From an uncultured Clostridia bacterium (lineage in GTDB: Bacteria > Bacillota > Clostridia > TANB77 > CAG-508), in assembly GCA_944386135.1 (NCBI GenBank), contig CALWZW010000003.1:19128-83127 (forward strand): a DNA stretch of 64,000 nt. Direction: 5' to 3'. Below the pieces are notes generated by a model. That model saw only the letters and a program-made list of their open reading frames with translations, was not told the origin of the DNA and did no database searches. Shown here piece by piece: positions 42,763 through 54,081 of this stretch (the first letter of the stretch is position 1; every line of letters begins with the position of its first letter). Both the position numbers and the translations under genes were made by a program.

Positions 42763-42937
42763 AATTAAAAATCAATCCTTTCTGAATTTATTATATATAT
42801 CAGTAGTATAAGCAACTAATTTAAAAATATTTATTAGAATTAAAAGTATAAAAAATTTTTTTGACCTTAAGCAATAGTCTTGCAAAATGCGTTAAAACAT
42901 GATAAACTTGTCCTATATATAATTAGGAGGTATCTTT

Positions 42938-44236
42938 ATGATAGATATAAAACTTATAAGAGAAAATCCAGAACTTGTAAAGGAAAATATTAGAAAAAAA
43001 TTTCAAAATCATAAATTAGAATTAGTAGACAAAGTAATAGAATTAGACAAAGAAAGTAGAGAAGTATCACAAAAAGGTGATACATTAAGAATGAACCGTA
43101 ATAAACTAAGTGAGCAGATAGGATTGCTCATGCGTGAAGGAAAAAAAGAGGAAGCAGAGAAGATAAAAAAAGAAGTTGTATCTATAAATGAAGAACTTTC
43201 TAATAATGAGAAATTGGAAGAAAAGTTAAAAGAAGAAATAAAAGAAATAATGATGAAAATTCCAAACATTATGCATGAATCAGTTCCAATAGGAAAAGAT
43301 GATAGTGAAAATGTAGAGGTTGAAAAATTTGGAGAACCTGTTGTGCCAGAATATGAAATACCATATCATGTTGATATAATGGAGAGCTTTTCTGGGATAG
43401 ACTTAGATTCTGCAAGAGAAGTTGCAGGAAATGGCTTTTATTATCTTGTTGGAGATATTGCAAGATTACATTCTGCACTTTTAAGTTATGCAAGAGACTT
43501 CATGATAAATAAAGGATTTACTTATGCAATACCACCATATATGATAAGATCAGATGTTGTAACAGGTGTTATGAGCTTTGAAGAAATGGACGCAATGATG
43601 TACAAAATAGAAGGAGAAGACCTTTATCTAATTGGTACAAGCGAACATTCAATGATAGGAAAATTTAAAGGAAAAATATTAGATAGTGAAAACTTACCAT
43701 ATACAATGACTTCATATTCACCATGCTTTAGAAAAGAAAAAGGAGCACATGGAATTGAAGAAAGAGGAATATATAGAATACACCAATTTGAAAAACAAGA
43801 AATGATAGTTGTATGTGAGCCAGAAGACAGTTATAAGTGGTATGACAAAATGTGGTCATACACAGTAGAATTATTTAGAAGTCTAGATATACCAGTACGT
43901 ACACTTGAATGTTGCTCAGGAGATTTAGCAGACTTAAAAGCAAAAAGTGTAGATGTAGAAGCATGGAGCCCTAGACAACAAAAATATTTCGAAGTAGGAA
44001 GTTGTTCTAACCTAACAGATGCACAAAGTAGAAGACTAGGAATTAGGATAAAGAAAAAAGGAGAAAAACAAACATATTTTGCACATACATTAAATAATAC
44101 TGTAATAGCTCCACCACGTATGTTAATAGCATTCTTAGAAAATAATTATAATCAAGATGGAAGCGTAGATATTCCAGAAGTTTTAAGACCATATATGGGT
44201 GGAACTGAAAAATTAGTACCAAAAATAAAAAAATAG
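42938..44236 (+). CDS. serS: Serine--tRNA ligase
   Basis: N-terminal coiled-coil arm followed by class II motifs (FRKE.G..G...RGIYRIHQFEK, GSCSN). Intact. Confidence 0.9.
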   Translation: MIDIKLIRENPELVKENIRKKFQNHKLELVDKVIELDKESREVSQKGDTLRMNRNKLSEQIGLLMREGKKEEAEKIKKEVVSINEELSNNEKLEEKLKEEIKEIMMKIPNIMHESVPIGKDDSENVEVEKFGEPVVPEYEIPYHVDIMESFSGIDLDSAREVAGNGFYYLVGDIARLHSALLSYARDFMINKGFTYAIPPYMIRSDVVTGVMSFEEMDAMMYKIEGEDLYLIGTSEHSMIGKFKGKILDSENLPYTMTSYSPCFRKEKGAHGIEERGIYRIHQFEKQEMIVVCEPEDSYKWYDKMWSYTVELFRSLDIPVRTLECCSGDLADLKAKSVDVEAWSPRQQKYFEVGSCSNLTDAQSRRLGIRIKKKGEKQTYFAHTLNNTVIAPPRMLIAFLENNYNQDGSVDIPEVLRPYMGGTEKLVPKIKK

Positions 44237-44247
44237 AAGAGGAAACA

Positions 44248-44839
44248 ATGATAGTAAAAAATCCAAAATTTGAGATATCAGCAGTAAGTAAAAAGCAATA
44301 CCCAAGTATTGGTTTACCCGAAGTAGTACTTGCGGGTAAATCTAATGTGCGGTAAATCATCATTTATAAATACATTAATAAATAGAAAAAACTTAGCAAG
44401 AACAAGTAGCCAGCCACGGAAAAACAAGACAAATTAATTTCTATAACATTGATGAGGAATTTTATTTTGTAGATTTACCGCGGATATGGATATAGCAAAA
44501 TGTCAAAAAAAGAACAAGAAAATGTACGGAAAATTTATAGAAGAATACTTATTTTCAAGAAATAACATTAGCTTAATTATTTTGATATTAGATATTAGAC
44601 ATAAACCGACAGAAAATGACAAATTGATGTATCAATATATAAAAAGTACAAATAAGCCGTATTTGATAATTGCGAATAAAGCAGATAAAATTGCAATAAC
44701 TAAAGTTAGCGAAGAAGTTGACAAGATAAAGCAAGAACTAGAAATGAGTGAAGAAGAAATAATACTACCATTTTCTTCAGAAAGAAAGATATATATAGAA
44801 GATGCTTGGAATAATATAAATAAATGGAGGAAGGTTTAA
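44248..44839 (+). CDS. engB: Ribosome biogenesis GTPase EngB/YsxC; four CGGN +1 steps
   Basis: G1 P-loop AGKSNV-G-KSSFIN, then SSQP-G-KTRQINFY, G3 VDLP-G-YGYSK, and ENV-G-KFIEEYL. Extra C at 44350, 44417, 44481 and 44527. Corrected length is 588 nt. Confidence 0.9.
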
Positions 44840-45370
44840 GTGAAATTAGGAGCTGACAATGAGACACTAGCCGAAAACAAGATATTGATTTTATACCTAT
44901 TATCAATAATAGAAAAGCCAATAAATAATGATGAACTATATAGGCTTGTTTTATCAATACAAGATATGAACTATTTTTACTTCCAGCAATTTTTGTTAGA
45001 CCTAGAAAATAATGAATATATCATAAATTATAAAAAAGAAAATGATTTTTTATATGAAATAACGGAAAAAGGTAGAAGTACTTTAGAGTTAACAATAGAT
45101 GTGCTTCCAGGAATAATAAAGGTAAAAGTAGATGAAACAGTAAAAGGAGAATTAAGAGAGATACAAAACGAATCTGCTGTTCGAGCAGAATTTATTCCAC
45201 TTAGCGAAAAAGAATTTATAGTAAAATGCAAAATAATAGAGAACAATGTTATGATATTTGAAATACAGTCATTTGCAACATCAAGAGAACAAGCAGTAAA
45301 AATTGTACAAAATTGGGAAGCAAATGCAGCAACAATATACCCAAAAGTGTTGCAAATGTTAAACGAATAA
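44840..45370 (+). CDS. DUF4364-family protein
   Basis: The N-terminal wHTH-like [25 protein letters not shown] matches my recollection of DUF4364. GTG start abuts the engB stop. Confidence 0.55.
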   Translation: MKLGADNETLAENKILILYLLSIIEKPINNDELYRLVLSIQDMNYFYFQQFLLDLENNEYIINYKKENDFLYEITEKGRSTLELTIDVLPGIIKVKVDETVKGELREIQNESAVRAEFIPLSEKEFIVKCKIIENNVMIFEIQSFATSREQAVKIVQNWEANAATIYPKVLQMLNE

Positions 45371-45391
45371 TAATAGAAAGGAAAATGAATA

Positions 45392-46831
45392 ATGGCTAAA
45401 AAAGAAGAATTTGTAAAAGATATAGCAAACATAGATGAAGACTTTGCAAAATGGTACACAGATATAGTAAGAAAAGCAGATTTAGCAGATTATGCTGATA
45501 CAAAAGGATGTATAGCAATCAAACCTTATGGATATGCAATTTGGGAAAATATTCAAAACTATGCAGATAAATTATTTAAAGAAACTGGAGTAAAAAATGT
45601 ATATTTTCCAATACTTATACCAGATAGTTTACTTCAAAAAGAAAAAGACCATGTAGAAGGGTTTGCACCAGAAGTTGCTTATGTTACAGAAGCAGGAGGA
45701 GAAAAACTAGATGAAAAGTTATGTATAAGACCTACATCTGAAACAATGTTTTCAACTCTTTATGCTAAATGGTTAAAATCTTGGAGAGATTTGCCTTATG
45801 TATATAATCAATGGTGTAATGTATTAAGATGGGAAAAAGAAACTAGACCATTCTTACGCTCACGTGAATTTTTATGGCAAGAAGGTCATACAATACATGA
45901 AACAGAAAAAGAAGCAAAAGAAAGAACTATACAAATGTTAGAAATATATACAAAAGTCGTAGAAGAATTACTTGCAATTCCAGTATTAAGAGGAAGAAAA
46001 ACAGAAAAAGAAAAGTTTGCAGGAGCAGATGAAACATATACAATAGAAACTTTAACAAGAGACGGTAGAGCTCTGCAATCAGGAACATCACACTATTTTG
46101 GACAAAACTTTACAAAACCTTTTGAAGTTAAATTTCAAAATAGAGAAGGAAAAGAAGAGTATGCATACCAAACGTCTTGGGGAATTAGCACAAGGCTAAT
46201 TGGTGCAGTAATTATGGGACATGGAGATGAAAGAGGACTAAAACTTCCACCAAAGGTAGCACCAATTCAAGTAAGAATAATTCCAATTGCAATGCACAAA
46301 GAAGGCGTGCTAGAAAAAGCGGAAGAATTAAAAAAATCTTTAGAAAAAGATTTTAGAATAGAAGTAGATAGTAGGGATCAAGTATCTCCTGGATTCAAAT
46401 TCAATGATTGCGAATTAAAAGGAATACCAGTAAGAATAGAAATAGGACCAAGAGATATTGAAAATGGAGAATGCATACTTGTAAGGCGTGATACTTTTGA
46501 AAAAGTAGTAGTAAAATTAGATGAACTAAATACAAAATTAAAAGAAATGTTAGATGATATACAACAAAATATGTTTAATATGTGCAAAAAAAGGCTTGAA
46601 GAAAAAACACAAATTGCAACAAACATGGATGAATTTACAAAAAAAATAAATGAAAATCAAGGATACATAAAAGCAATGTGGTGTGGAAATGTTGAATGTG
46701 AGAATAAGATAAAAGAATTAACAGGAGCGCATTCAAGATGCATACCATTTGAACAAGAAAAACTTTCAGATAAATGTGTATGTTGTGGGAAAGAGGCTAG
46801 GTATATGGTCGTATGGGGACGTCAATACTAA
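45392..46831 (+). CDS. proS: Proline--tRNA ligase (archaeal/eukaryote-like type)
   Basis: 479 aa, with [25 protein letters not shown] and a C-terminal Zn-binding domain ending ...WGRQY. Confidence 0.9.
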   Translation: MAKKEEFVKDIANIDEDFAKWYTDIVRKADLADYADTKGCIAIKPYGYAIWENIQNYADKLFKETGVKNVYFPILIPDSLLQKEKDHVEGFAPEVAYVTEAGGEKLDEKLCIRPTSETMFSTLYAKWLKSWRDLPYVYNQWCNVLRWEKETRPFLRSREFLWQEGHTIHETEKEAKERTIQMLEIYTKVVEELLAIPVLRGRKTEKEKFAGADETYTIETLTRDGRALQSGTSHYFGQNFTKPFEVKFQNREGKEEYAYQTSWGISTRLIGAVIMGHGDERGLKLPPKVAPIQVRIIPIAMHKEGVLEKAEELKKSLEKDFRIEVDSRDQVSPGFKFNDCELKGIPVRIEIGPRDIENGECILVRRDTFEKVVVKLDELNTKLKEMLDDIQQNMFNMCKKRLEEKTQIATNMDEFTKKINENQGYIKAMWCGNVECENKIKELTGAHSRCIPFEQEKLSDKCVCCGKEARYMVVWGRQY

Positions 46832-46956
46832 AAATTTGAAAAATAAACTGCGTACTGCGTTGTTGGACGTTATTCGAAATGAAATCAACGTGCAAAAGCA
46901 CGCCTCATTCATTTCGAATTCGTCCGCCTAGCATTACTTGTTTCTTTTCCAAATTT
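46832..46956. repeat. Palindromic intergenic element, copy E4
   Basis: Begins at the first base after the proS stop. Arms aaatttgaaaaataaactgcg/...cttgtttcttttccaaattt, with apical module tcaacgtgcaaaagcacgcctc. Followed by three further degenerate copies of the 3' arm up to about 47055. Confidence 0.75.
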
Positions 46957-47083
46957 AAAGGCACTCCTCGCTTCTTTTAAAAAATTTATGAAAAAGAAAA
47001 AAAGTTTCTTTTTCAAATTTAGAATAAAAAAGTACTATTTACTTCTTTTCAAAATTTAGTAATATAATTTAGGAGAAATACAA

Positions 47084-47926
47084 ATGGAAATAATTGATGG
47101 TAAAGCTCTTGCAAAAAATATAAGAGAAAATTTAAAAAAAGATGTAGAACAACTAAAAGAAAAGGGAGTATATCCAAAACTTGCTGTAATATTAGTAGGT
47201 AATGATAAAGCATCTCAAATATATGTAAAAAGCAAGAATAAGGCATGTACGGAACTTGGTATAGATTATGAAGAAGTTCTATTAGGCGAAAATACAACAA
47301 TGAAGGAGTTATTAGATATAATAGATGAACTAAATGAAAGAAAAGACATATCAGGTATATTACTCCAAAGTCCAATACCAGAAGGGCTAGATATAAATGA
47401 AGCATTTAGAAGAATATCTCCTTCAAAAGATGTTGATGGATTTAACCCAGTAAGTATGGGAAAATTGTGTTTAAACCAAGATACATTTGTATCATGCACA
47501 CCTTATGGAATTATGAAAATGTTTGAAACATACAATATAGAAATAAAAGGAAAACATGCAGTAATCTTAGGAAGAAGTAATATAGTTGGAAAGCCAATGG
47601 CATTAAATTTACTTAATAGAGATGCAACAATTACAATATGTCATTCAAAGACTAAAAATTTGTCAGAAATAACTAAACAAGCAGATATATTAATTTCTGC
47701 AATAGGTAAGAAAAACTTTGTTACAGCAGATATGGTAAAACCGGGGGCAGTTGTCATAGATGTTGGAATAAATAGGACAGAGGATGGACTATTTGGAGAT
47801 GTTGATTTTGAAAATGTTAAAGAAAAGACGTCATATATAACACCAGTACCAGGTGGAGTTGGTCCTATGACAGTTGCAATGCTTATGAATAATGTAGTAA
47901 AAGCAGCAAAGCAACAACAAGAATAG
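47084..47926 (+). CDS. folD: Bifunctional methylenetetrahydrofolate dehydrogenase/cyclohydrolase
   Basis: ILVGND.ASQIYV, GRSNIVGKP and PVPGGVGPMT motifs. Confidence 0.9.
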   Translation: MEIIDGKALAKNIRENLKKDVEQLKEKGVYPKLAVILVGNDKASQIYVKSKNKACTELGIDYEEVLLGENTTMKELLDIIDELNERKDISGILLQSPIPEGLDINEAFRRISPSKDVDGFNPVSMGKLCLNQDTFVSCTPYGIMKMFETYNIEIKGKHAVILGRSNIVGKPMALNLLNRDATITICHSKTKNLSEITKQADILISAIGKKNFVTADMVKPGAVVIDVGINRTEDGLFGDVDFENVKEKTSYITPVPGGVGPMTVAMLMNNVVKAAKQQQE

Positions 47927-48014
47927 TTAGTTAGATATATAATTTTATTTGGAGAGAATATGTAATAAAACATATTCTCTTTTTTGTGGTTGTTAAAAAG
48001 AAAGGAAACTCAAA

Positions 48015-48671
48015 ATGAAAGTTATAAATAAGAGAGACGAAAACTATCCAAAAGCATTATTAAATATATCAAATCCGCCAGAAAACTTATTTGTTCTTGG
48101 AAATGAGAAAATTTTAGATAATTTTGGAATCGCAATAGTAGGTAGTAGAAAATGTACAAAATATGGAGAAGAAATTGCAAAATCTTTAGCATACAATTTG
48201 TCTAAGCATAATGTAAATGTAATAAGTGGAATGGCAAAAGGAATAGATAGTGCAGCACATATAGGAACAATTATTGGAAAAGGAAAAACAATTGCAGTAC
48301 TTGGAAGTGGATTTAAACATATATATCCTAAGGAGAATATGGAACTTTTGAAGGATATAATAAATTCGGGAGGAGCAGTTATTACAGAATATGAAGAAGA
48401 TACTTTGCCAAAGCCTGAAAATTTTCCAAAAAGAAACAGGATAATAAGTGCATTAAGTCAAGGAGTTGTGGTAGTGGAAGCGGGAAAAAGAAGCGGAAGT
48501 CTAATCACAGCAGAAATAGCACTAGAAGAGGGAAAAGAAGTATTTGCTGTACCAGGAAATATAATATCAAAAACATCTAAAGGAACAAACGAATTAATAA
48601 AAGACGGTGCAAAGCTAGTGGAAAATGTGAGAGATATATTAGAGGAATATCCTTATTTTAATATTGAGTAA
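48015..48671 (+). CDS. dprA: DNA-processing protein DprA, short form (Rossmann core only)
   Basis: YP..L..I.NPP..LF..G, IVGSRK.T.YG, SGMAKGIDSAAH, PKRNRIISALS and GSLITA motifs. Confidence 0.8.
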   Translation: MKVINKRDENYPKALLNISNPPENLFVLGNEKILDNFGIAIVGSRKCTKYGEEIAKSLAYNLSKHNVNVISGMAKGIDSAAHIGTIIGKGKTIAVLGSGFKHIYPKENMELLKDIINSGGAVITEYEEDTLPKPENFPKRNRIISALSQGVVVVEAGKRSGSLITAEIALEEGKEVFAVPGNIISKTSKGTNELIKDGAKLVENVRDILEEYPYFNIE

Positions 48672-48767
48672 AATTAATTTGAATTATTGGAACTTATCTA
48701 GAATCAGTATACTAGACAAAAACGAATAAAAGCTGTATAATAATAATACAATATTAGAAGATTATTT

Positions 48768-48985
48768 GAGGTGGACAAATGTGCCATCCACACACCTTTA
48801 AAGGTCAAAAGAGATGCAGGAATTGGCACACCTGCCAAATAACTTAGATAAAGGAGCTATGGAAACATAGCTCTAAAATATTATATAATTTTACGAATGG
48901 GAACGCTTTTGAATCTCAATTTTTGACAAAAACTATCAAAAACAGTAATTATCCCACGGCTTAGCCGGGGAATAATTACTGTTTT
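48768..48985 (+). other. Structured non-coding region (candidate small RNA) between the convergent dprA and rpn-like genes
   Basis: Four hairpins at 48768-48798, 48816-48835, 48854-48873 and 48939-48985. The loop of hairpin 1 (gtgcca) is perfectly complementary to the loop of hairpin 2 (tggcac). A possible promoter tagaca-17-tataat lies at 48713-48741. Confidence 0.3.
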
Positions 48986-49050
48986 GAAATATACTTAACA
49001 AATAGCAATATTTACCATATTAATATAAAAAGTATTAAAAAAATAAAATT

Positions 49051-49885
49051 CTATAATTTCTTTATTTCTTCTTCTAAAAGACCAGTAATTTCTATAATAG
49101 AAGCAATGTCTATTCCTTTATCTTTCATTTTCTTTGCAACTTCTTTTTTGCCGTTCTTTTATTCCTATACTTCTTTCTGTATTTAATAGATATTTGTAAG
49201 ATTCCTCCATATCTATTAAATGTTCCATTGCTTCATCATTACTCATCTCTTCTAACTTATCATGAGCTTTTTTTATTGCTACATTTTCTTTCATTATATT
49301 TCTCACCTCTCCTGACTCTGGATTTTCTAAAAATTTTAACCACTCTAATAATTTATCGTTCTTTAAGTCTTTTTCGTTCATCTTCGGTAACATTATTATA
49401 TAAATTTCCATGTACTCAGTCAAGATTTTTTGTCTATTTTCTTCTTCTATTATTTTCCATTTTGTAAAACAATTTAATTCCTTTAGGGATTTTATTTCAA
49501 AATCAGTTATTAATATTGATATTGTCTTTTTTAGACTATTATAATCTTGTCCTTTATTAATACTTCTTGCAAATGTCTTAGCCCAGTAGTATAAAAGCCT
49601 TTCTATTATGTATTCTTGATTTGCAACTTGCATTTCGATATCACAGTATTCTTTATTATCTATTTCCACCATTACATCTAATATTCCCAGTTTGTCTAAC
49701 GTTTTTGTTCTTCTTAAAATAGGGTTTTTACTTAAATCTACATCTGTAATTTTTTTATTTAATATTGTTTCTAAAAAATCTTGTGTTATTTCCTCGCTAC
49801 CTTCTTCTCCAAATAGAACTTGAAATACAATATCCTTTTTTGGAGATAGCATGGATTTCTTTTTAGTTTCTTCATTTTTTACCAT
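49051..49885 (-). CDS. Rpn/YhgA-like PD-(D/E)XK recombination-promoting nuclease (transposase_31 family); one CGGN +1 step
   Basis: DIVFQVLFGEE..ILDVMVEIDNKEYCDIEMQ core. Skipping the extra base at 49153 replaces a short basic tail with the family-typical C-terminus -G-KKEVAKKMKDKGIDIASIIEITGLLEEEIKKL. Confidence 0.75.
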
Positions 49886-50456
49886 AAATTAGTCCTTTCA
49901 ATTGATATATTTAAGTTTTTAATAGGGATACTTATAACCATTTATTTATTGCTTTTCATCCCTCCTTGTATAGTCAATTTAATAACTGTACGTCAAACAA
50001 ATTTGTTAAAGTTTTTGGATATTTTTATCAGAGAAGAATAATAGATGTAAAAATTTCTATGGAAAATTTAAAAATAAAAAGATAAAATGAACTATAATAA
50101 TAAATTTGCAATAATTATTAGTTATTATAAAAATAGTTGAAAAATAAATTTTTAAATTAATTTCAGAAAATTTTTTAGATAATTAAAATATACTGATTTG
50201 ATTATTACATGAATAAAATATCTATGATACAATTATTATGATGTATTTATACCATATAATGAAACATTTTGCAATGGAATTACCCAAATTTATACTTGAC
50301 AGTTAAGATAGAATAATGTAAATAGAAAATAATAAATCTAGTATGTACATATATGCAAAAGCAATTTATAAAAGTTTTACAAATTCATTACAATTCATAA
50401 AATTTCTTGAAAAAGCTTTAAATATATTGTATAATACAATACGAGGAGAAAAGGAA

Positions 50457-51269
50457 ATGAATCAGATATTAGTAACAGAGAAAGTAATAGTAACACCAGA
50501 ATTCAAGAGAAAAAAGAAGATATATAAATTCAACTTCTTTTTATCTGTCTTTTTGATATGCACATTATTTTCATGTTACATATATGCGGAATATGATAGA
50601 ACAAAAAGTGAAGAAGTATCACAAGAAATATTACTAGGATTAAAGGAAGAAGATGACACAAATCAAGAAAAGACAGATAATACAACAGTATCGGTTGATA
50701 ATGATGTCTTGGTTGTTGCATTAGCCGATACTCCAAGTGAAACAACAACAGAAATTAGCCTTTCAGAATTAATACAAGATGATAAACCAGCACAGCCTAC
50801 TATAGTAGAATCTACAGCAAGTGATGGAACAAAGTATTACACAGAATCTATCATAAGAATACCAAGTCTTGATATAGAATATCCAGTACTTTCAAATACA
50901 TCAGAGGCACTACTTAAAATATCAATAAATAAATTATGGGGACCAGCTCCAAATGAAGTTGGAAACTATGTAGTAGTAGGACATAACTATAAAAGTGGAA
51001 GAATGTTTGGAAAATTATCAGAAATATCTATAGGTGATGAAGTAGAATTAGAAGATTTATCAGGTAGAACAATTACATATAAGGTATATGATAAATACAT
51101 AGTAGAACCAACAGATGTAAGTTGTACATCACAACTTACAAATGGAAAGAAAGAAATCACATTAATAACTTGCCATGGTACTGGAAATCAAAGACTTATT
51201 GTTAAAGCTATAGAAGCTGAAGAATATGATAATGAAAATGCTATGAGTAATAATATAAATTTAGATTAA
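50457..51269 (+). CDS. Sortase-family transpeptidase (second copy)
   Basis: TM anchor, VVGHN His region and ITLITC catalytic Cys. RBS ggagaaaagg lies upstream of the ATG at 50457. Confidence 0.8.
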   Translation: MNQILVTEKVIVTPEFKRKKKIYKFNFFLSVFLICTLFSCYIYAEYDRTKSEEVSQEILLGLKEEDDTNQEKTDNTTVSVDNDVLVVALADTPSETTTEISLSELIQDDKPAQPTIVESTASDGTKYYTESIIRIPSLDIEYPVLSNTSEALLKISINKLWGPAPNEVGNYVVVGHNYKSGRMFGKLSEISIGDEVELEDLSGRTITYKVYDKYIVEPTDVSCTSQLTNGKKEITLITCHGTGNQRLIVKAIEAEEYDNENAMSNNINLD

Positions 51270-51415
51270 GATAATAAAAAGAAAGTAGATACAAATTATG
51301 ATTTGGATTCTACTTTTTTTATGCCCAATAATAGATTTTTTCGCTCCTGACCACTCGGTATAATGCATTTTTTAAAAAAATAATATATAATATTAAGGTA
51401 AAAATGGAGGAATGT

Positions 51416-52345
51416 ATGAATTCAGTAGAAATACTAGCAAATGGAATAGCACTTCCAAAACAAAGAATAGAGAGTAAATTATTAGAAGATAGATTTCAAT
51501 TAGAAGAAAACTGGATATATGATAGAACTGGGATAAATACAAGATATTATGTAAAAAATGAAGATTTAAAAATATTAGCTTTAAATGCAGTTAAAAATAT
51601 GCTTGAGAAAATTAACGTTGATGTCCAAGAAATAGGAATAATAGTTTTTGCAAGTACTTCAACAAAACATCTTATGCCAGGCATATCTTATATAATACAA
51701 AAAGAACTTGATATAAAAAAATGTATGTGCTTAGACATATTATGTGGATGCTGTGGATATATAAATGCATTTGATATAGTTAGAAAATACATAGCATTAG
51801 GAGAGGTAAAATACGGAATAATCATCGGAGCAGATGTATTGTCAGATTATACAGACGATAACGATATAAACACTAAAGTACTTCTTGGAGACGGAGCAGG
51901 AGCTACTTTACTCGGAAAAAGTAATGAGAAAAAGATATATTTTCAAAACATAACTAGTGAAGGACAAAAAGGAGAAATTTTAACTTGCAATCAGAATAGT
52001 AAAATATTTATGGACGGAAAGAAAGTATACAAATTTGGTACTACAAAACCTGTAGAATGTTTGAAAGAACTTTTAGAAAATGCAGGAGAAAAAATAGAAA
52101 ATATTAAATATATAATTCCACATCAATCTAATTTAAAAATGATGAAAAGCATGAGTGAAAAACTTAATATAGATTTTAGCAAGATGTATATTAACATAGA
52201 TAGAATTGGAAACACATTTAATGCAAGTATACCAATAGCATTAAATGAAATGATAGATAAAAATTTAATACAAAGAAATGATAAGATAGTACTTTTAGGA
52301 TATGGTGGAGGACTTAATTTAGGCGCAATTTTATTAGAATATTAG
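51416..52345 (+). CDS. fabH: 3-oxoacyl-ACP synthase III
   Basis: KAS III layout, including HQSN and GYGGGLN motifs. First gene of the fab cluster. Start at 51416 follows RBS ggagg. Confidence 0.85.
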   Translation: MNSVEILANGIALPKQRIESKLLEDRFQLEENWIYDRTGINTRYYVKNEDLKILALNAVKNMLEKINVDVQEIGIIVFASTSTKHLMPGISYIIQKELDIKKCMCLDILCGCCGYINAFDIVRKYIALGEVKYGIIIGADVLSDYTDDNDINTKVLLGDGAGATLLGKSNEKKIYFQNITSEGQKGEILTCNQNSKIFMDGKKVYKFGTTKPVECLKELLENAGEKIENIKYIIPHQSNLKMMKSMSEKLNIDFSKMYINIDRIGNTFNASIPIALNEMIDKNLIQRNDKIVLLGYGGGLNLGAILLEY

Positions 52346-52355
52346 GAGGAAAAAT

Positions 52356-53289
52356 ATGAAATTAGCATTTTTATTCCCAGGTCAAGGAGCACAATATGTA
52401 GGAATGGGAAAAGACTTATATGAAAATTATGAAGAAGCAAGAAAAATATATGATAAAGTAGAAGAATTATTAAAGCTAGATGTAAAAAAGATTTCATTCG
52501 AAGGACCAGAAGAAGTTTTAAATCAGACAAAAAACACACAAATAGCGATACTTACTCATTCACTTTCAATATTAGAAATATTAAAAAAATATAATATAAA
52601 TGCAGATATTTTATCAGGGCTAAGCCTTGGAGAATATTCAGCTTTAATTTATGCTGGTGTATTATCTTTTGAGGATGGAGTAAAGATAGTAAGAAAAAGA
52701 GGAGAATTAATGCAAGACAATGTACCAGAAGGTACATGGAAAATGGCTGCAATAGTTGGACTAGAGGATGAAAAAGTAGAAGAACTTTGTAAAAAAGTGA
52801 AATCAGGCTTTGTAGTTCCAGCAAATTATAATTGCCCAGGTCAAGTCGTAATATCTGGTGAAGAAGAGGCTGTAAAAGAAGCAATGGAAATTGCAAAAAG
52901 TGAAGGTGCTAAAAGAGCTATAGAATTACAAACAAGTGGACCATTCCATACAGCAAAACTTGAAAAAGCAGCTGAAAAATTAAAAAGAGAATTAGATAAG
53001 ATAGATATAAATACTGACTTTACAAAACAAATAATTAGAAATATAGATAGCGAAAGTTATAAAAAGGATGACGATATAAGAGAAATACTTTCAAAACATG
53101 TAATGAGTCCTGTTAAGTTTAAAAAAGGAATAGAAAAGATGCTAGAAGAGGGTGTAGATACATTTGTAGAAATAGGACCACGGAAAAGTATTGTCAGGAT
53201 TTGTAAGAAGAATTAGTAAAGATGTAAAAATTATAAACATTCAAGATAAAGAAAGCTTAGAAAGTGCTATAGAAGTTCTTAAAGCTTAA
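52356..53289 (+). CDS. fabD: Malonyl CoA-ACP transacylase; one CGGN +1 step
   Basis: FLFPGQGAQY, GLSLGEYSAL, and VEIGP-G-KVLSGFVRRISKD after skipping the C at 53181. The corrected ORF ends at the TAA at 53287-53289. Confidence 0.9.
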
Positions 53290-53307
53290 AAGAAGGGAGA
53301 TATAAAA

Positions 53308-54048
53308 ATGGAAGAAAAAAGAATAGCGTTCATAACAGGTGGAACAGCAGGAATTGGTAAAGAGTGTGCATTAACTCTTGCAAAAGAAGGATTTGATATT
53401 GCAATAAATTGCAGAAAAGCACCAGAAGAATATGGTGAACTAAAACAAGAAGTAGAAAGTCATAATGTCAAATGCTTTTTAACTCAAGGAGATGTGTCTA
53501 AATATGAAGACGCTGAAAGAATGGTAAAAGAAGTAATAGAAGAATTTGGAAAAATAGATGTACTTTTAAATAATGCAGGAATTACAAAAGATAATTTATT
53601 AATGAGAATGAAAAAAGAAGATTTTGAAGATGTAATAAATGTAAATTTAGTTGGAACATTTAATATAACAAAAAATGTAGTTCCATATATGATGAAAAAA
53701 AGATATGGAAGAATAATAAATATGGCATCTGTTGTAGGAATTTCAGGAAATGCTGGTCAAGCAAATTATGCTGCATCAAAAGCAGGAGTAATAGGATTTA
53801 CAAAAAGTCTTGCAAAAGAACTTGGAAGTAGAAATATTTTAGTAAATGCAGTAGCACCAGGATACATAAAAACAGCAATGACAGATGTACTTTCAGACAA
53901 AATAAAAGAACAAATAAAAGGTCAAATACCACTTGGAACACTAGGAGAGACAAAAGATGTAGCAAATCTTGTAAAATTCCTAGCATCAGAGGATAGCTCA
54001 TATATTACAGGACAGGTAATACATGTAGATGGTGGAATGCTAATTTAA
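53308..54048 (+). CDS. fabG: 3-oxoacyl-ACP reductase
   Basis: SDR motifs TGGTAGIGK, NNAG and YAASKAG. Confidence 0.9.
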   Translation: MEEKRIAFITGGTAGIGKECALTLAKEGFDIAINCRKAPEEYGELKQEVESHNVKCFLTQGDVSKYEDAERMVKEVIEEFGKIDVLLNNAGITKDNLLMRMKKEDFEDVINVNLVGTFNITKNVVPYMMKKRYGRIINMASVVGISGNAGQANYAASKAGVIGFTKSLAKELGSRNILVNAVAPGYIKTAMTDVLSDKIKEQIKGQIPLGTLGETKDVANLVKFLASEDSSYITGQVIHVDGGMLI

Positions 54049-54081
54049 TTTTGTATAAATTATAAAAAGGAGATTGTGTAA

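Noticed and set aside
42763-42937. T-box leaders upstream of serS, alaS, proS and lysS
   Set aside because: The leaders are too short (20-175 nt), and I could not find specifier or T-box (GGUGGNACCGCG-like) motifs.
46749-46931. Short ORFs lying inside palindromic elements (also 56423-56623, 56574-56771, 62460-62696 and 12627-12854)
   Set aside because: They have no RBS, they span repeat arms and cores, and differences between copies are not codon-like. They are better explained as chance ORFs in GC-richer repeats.
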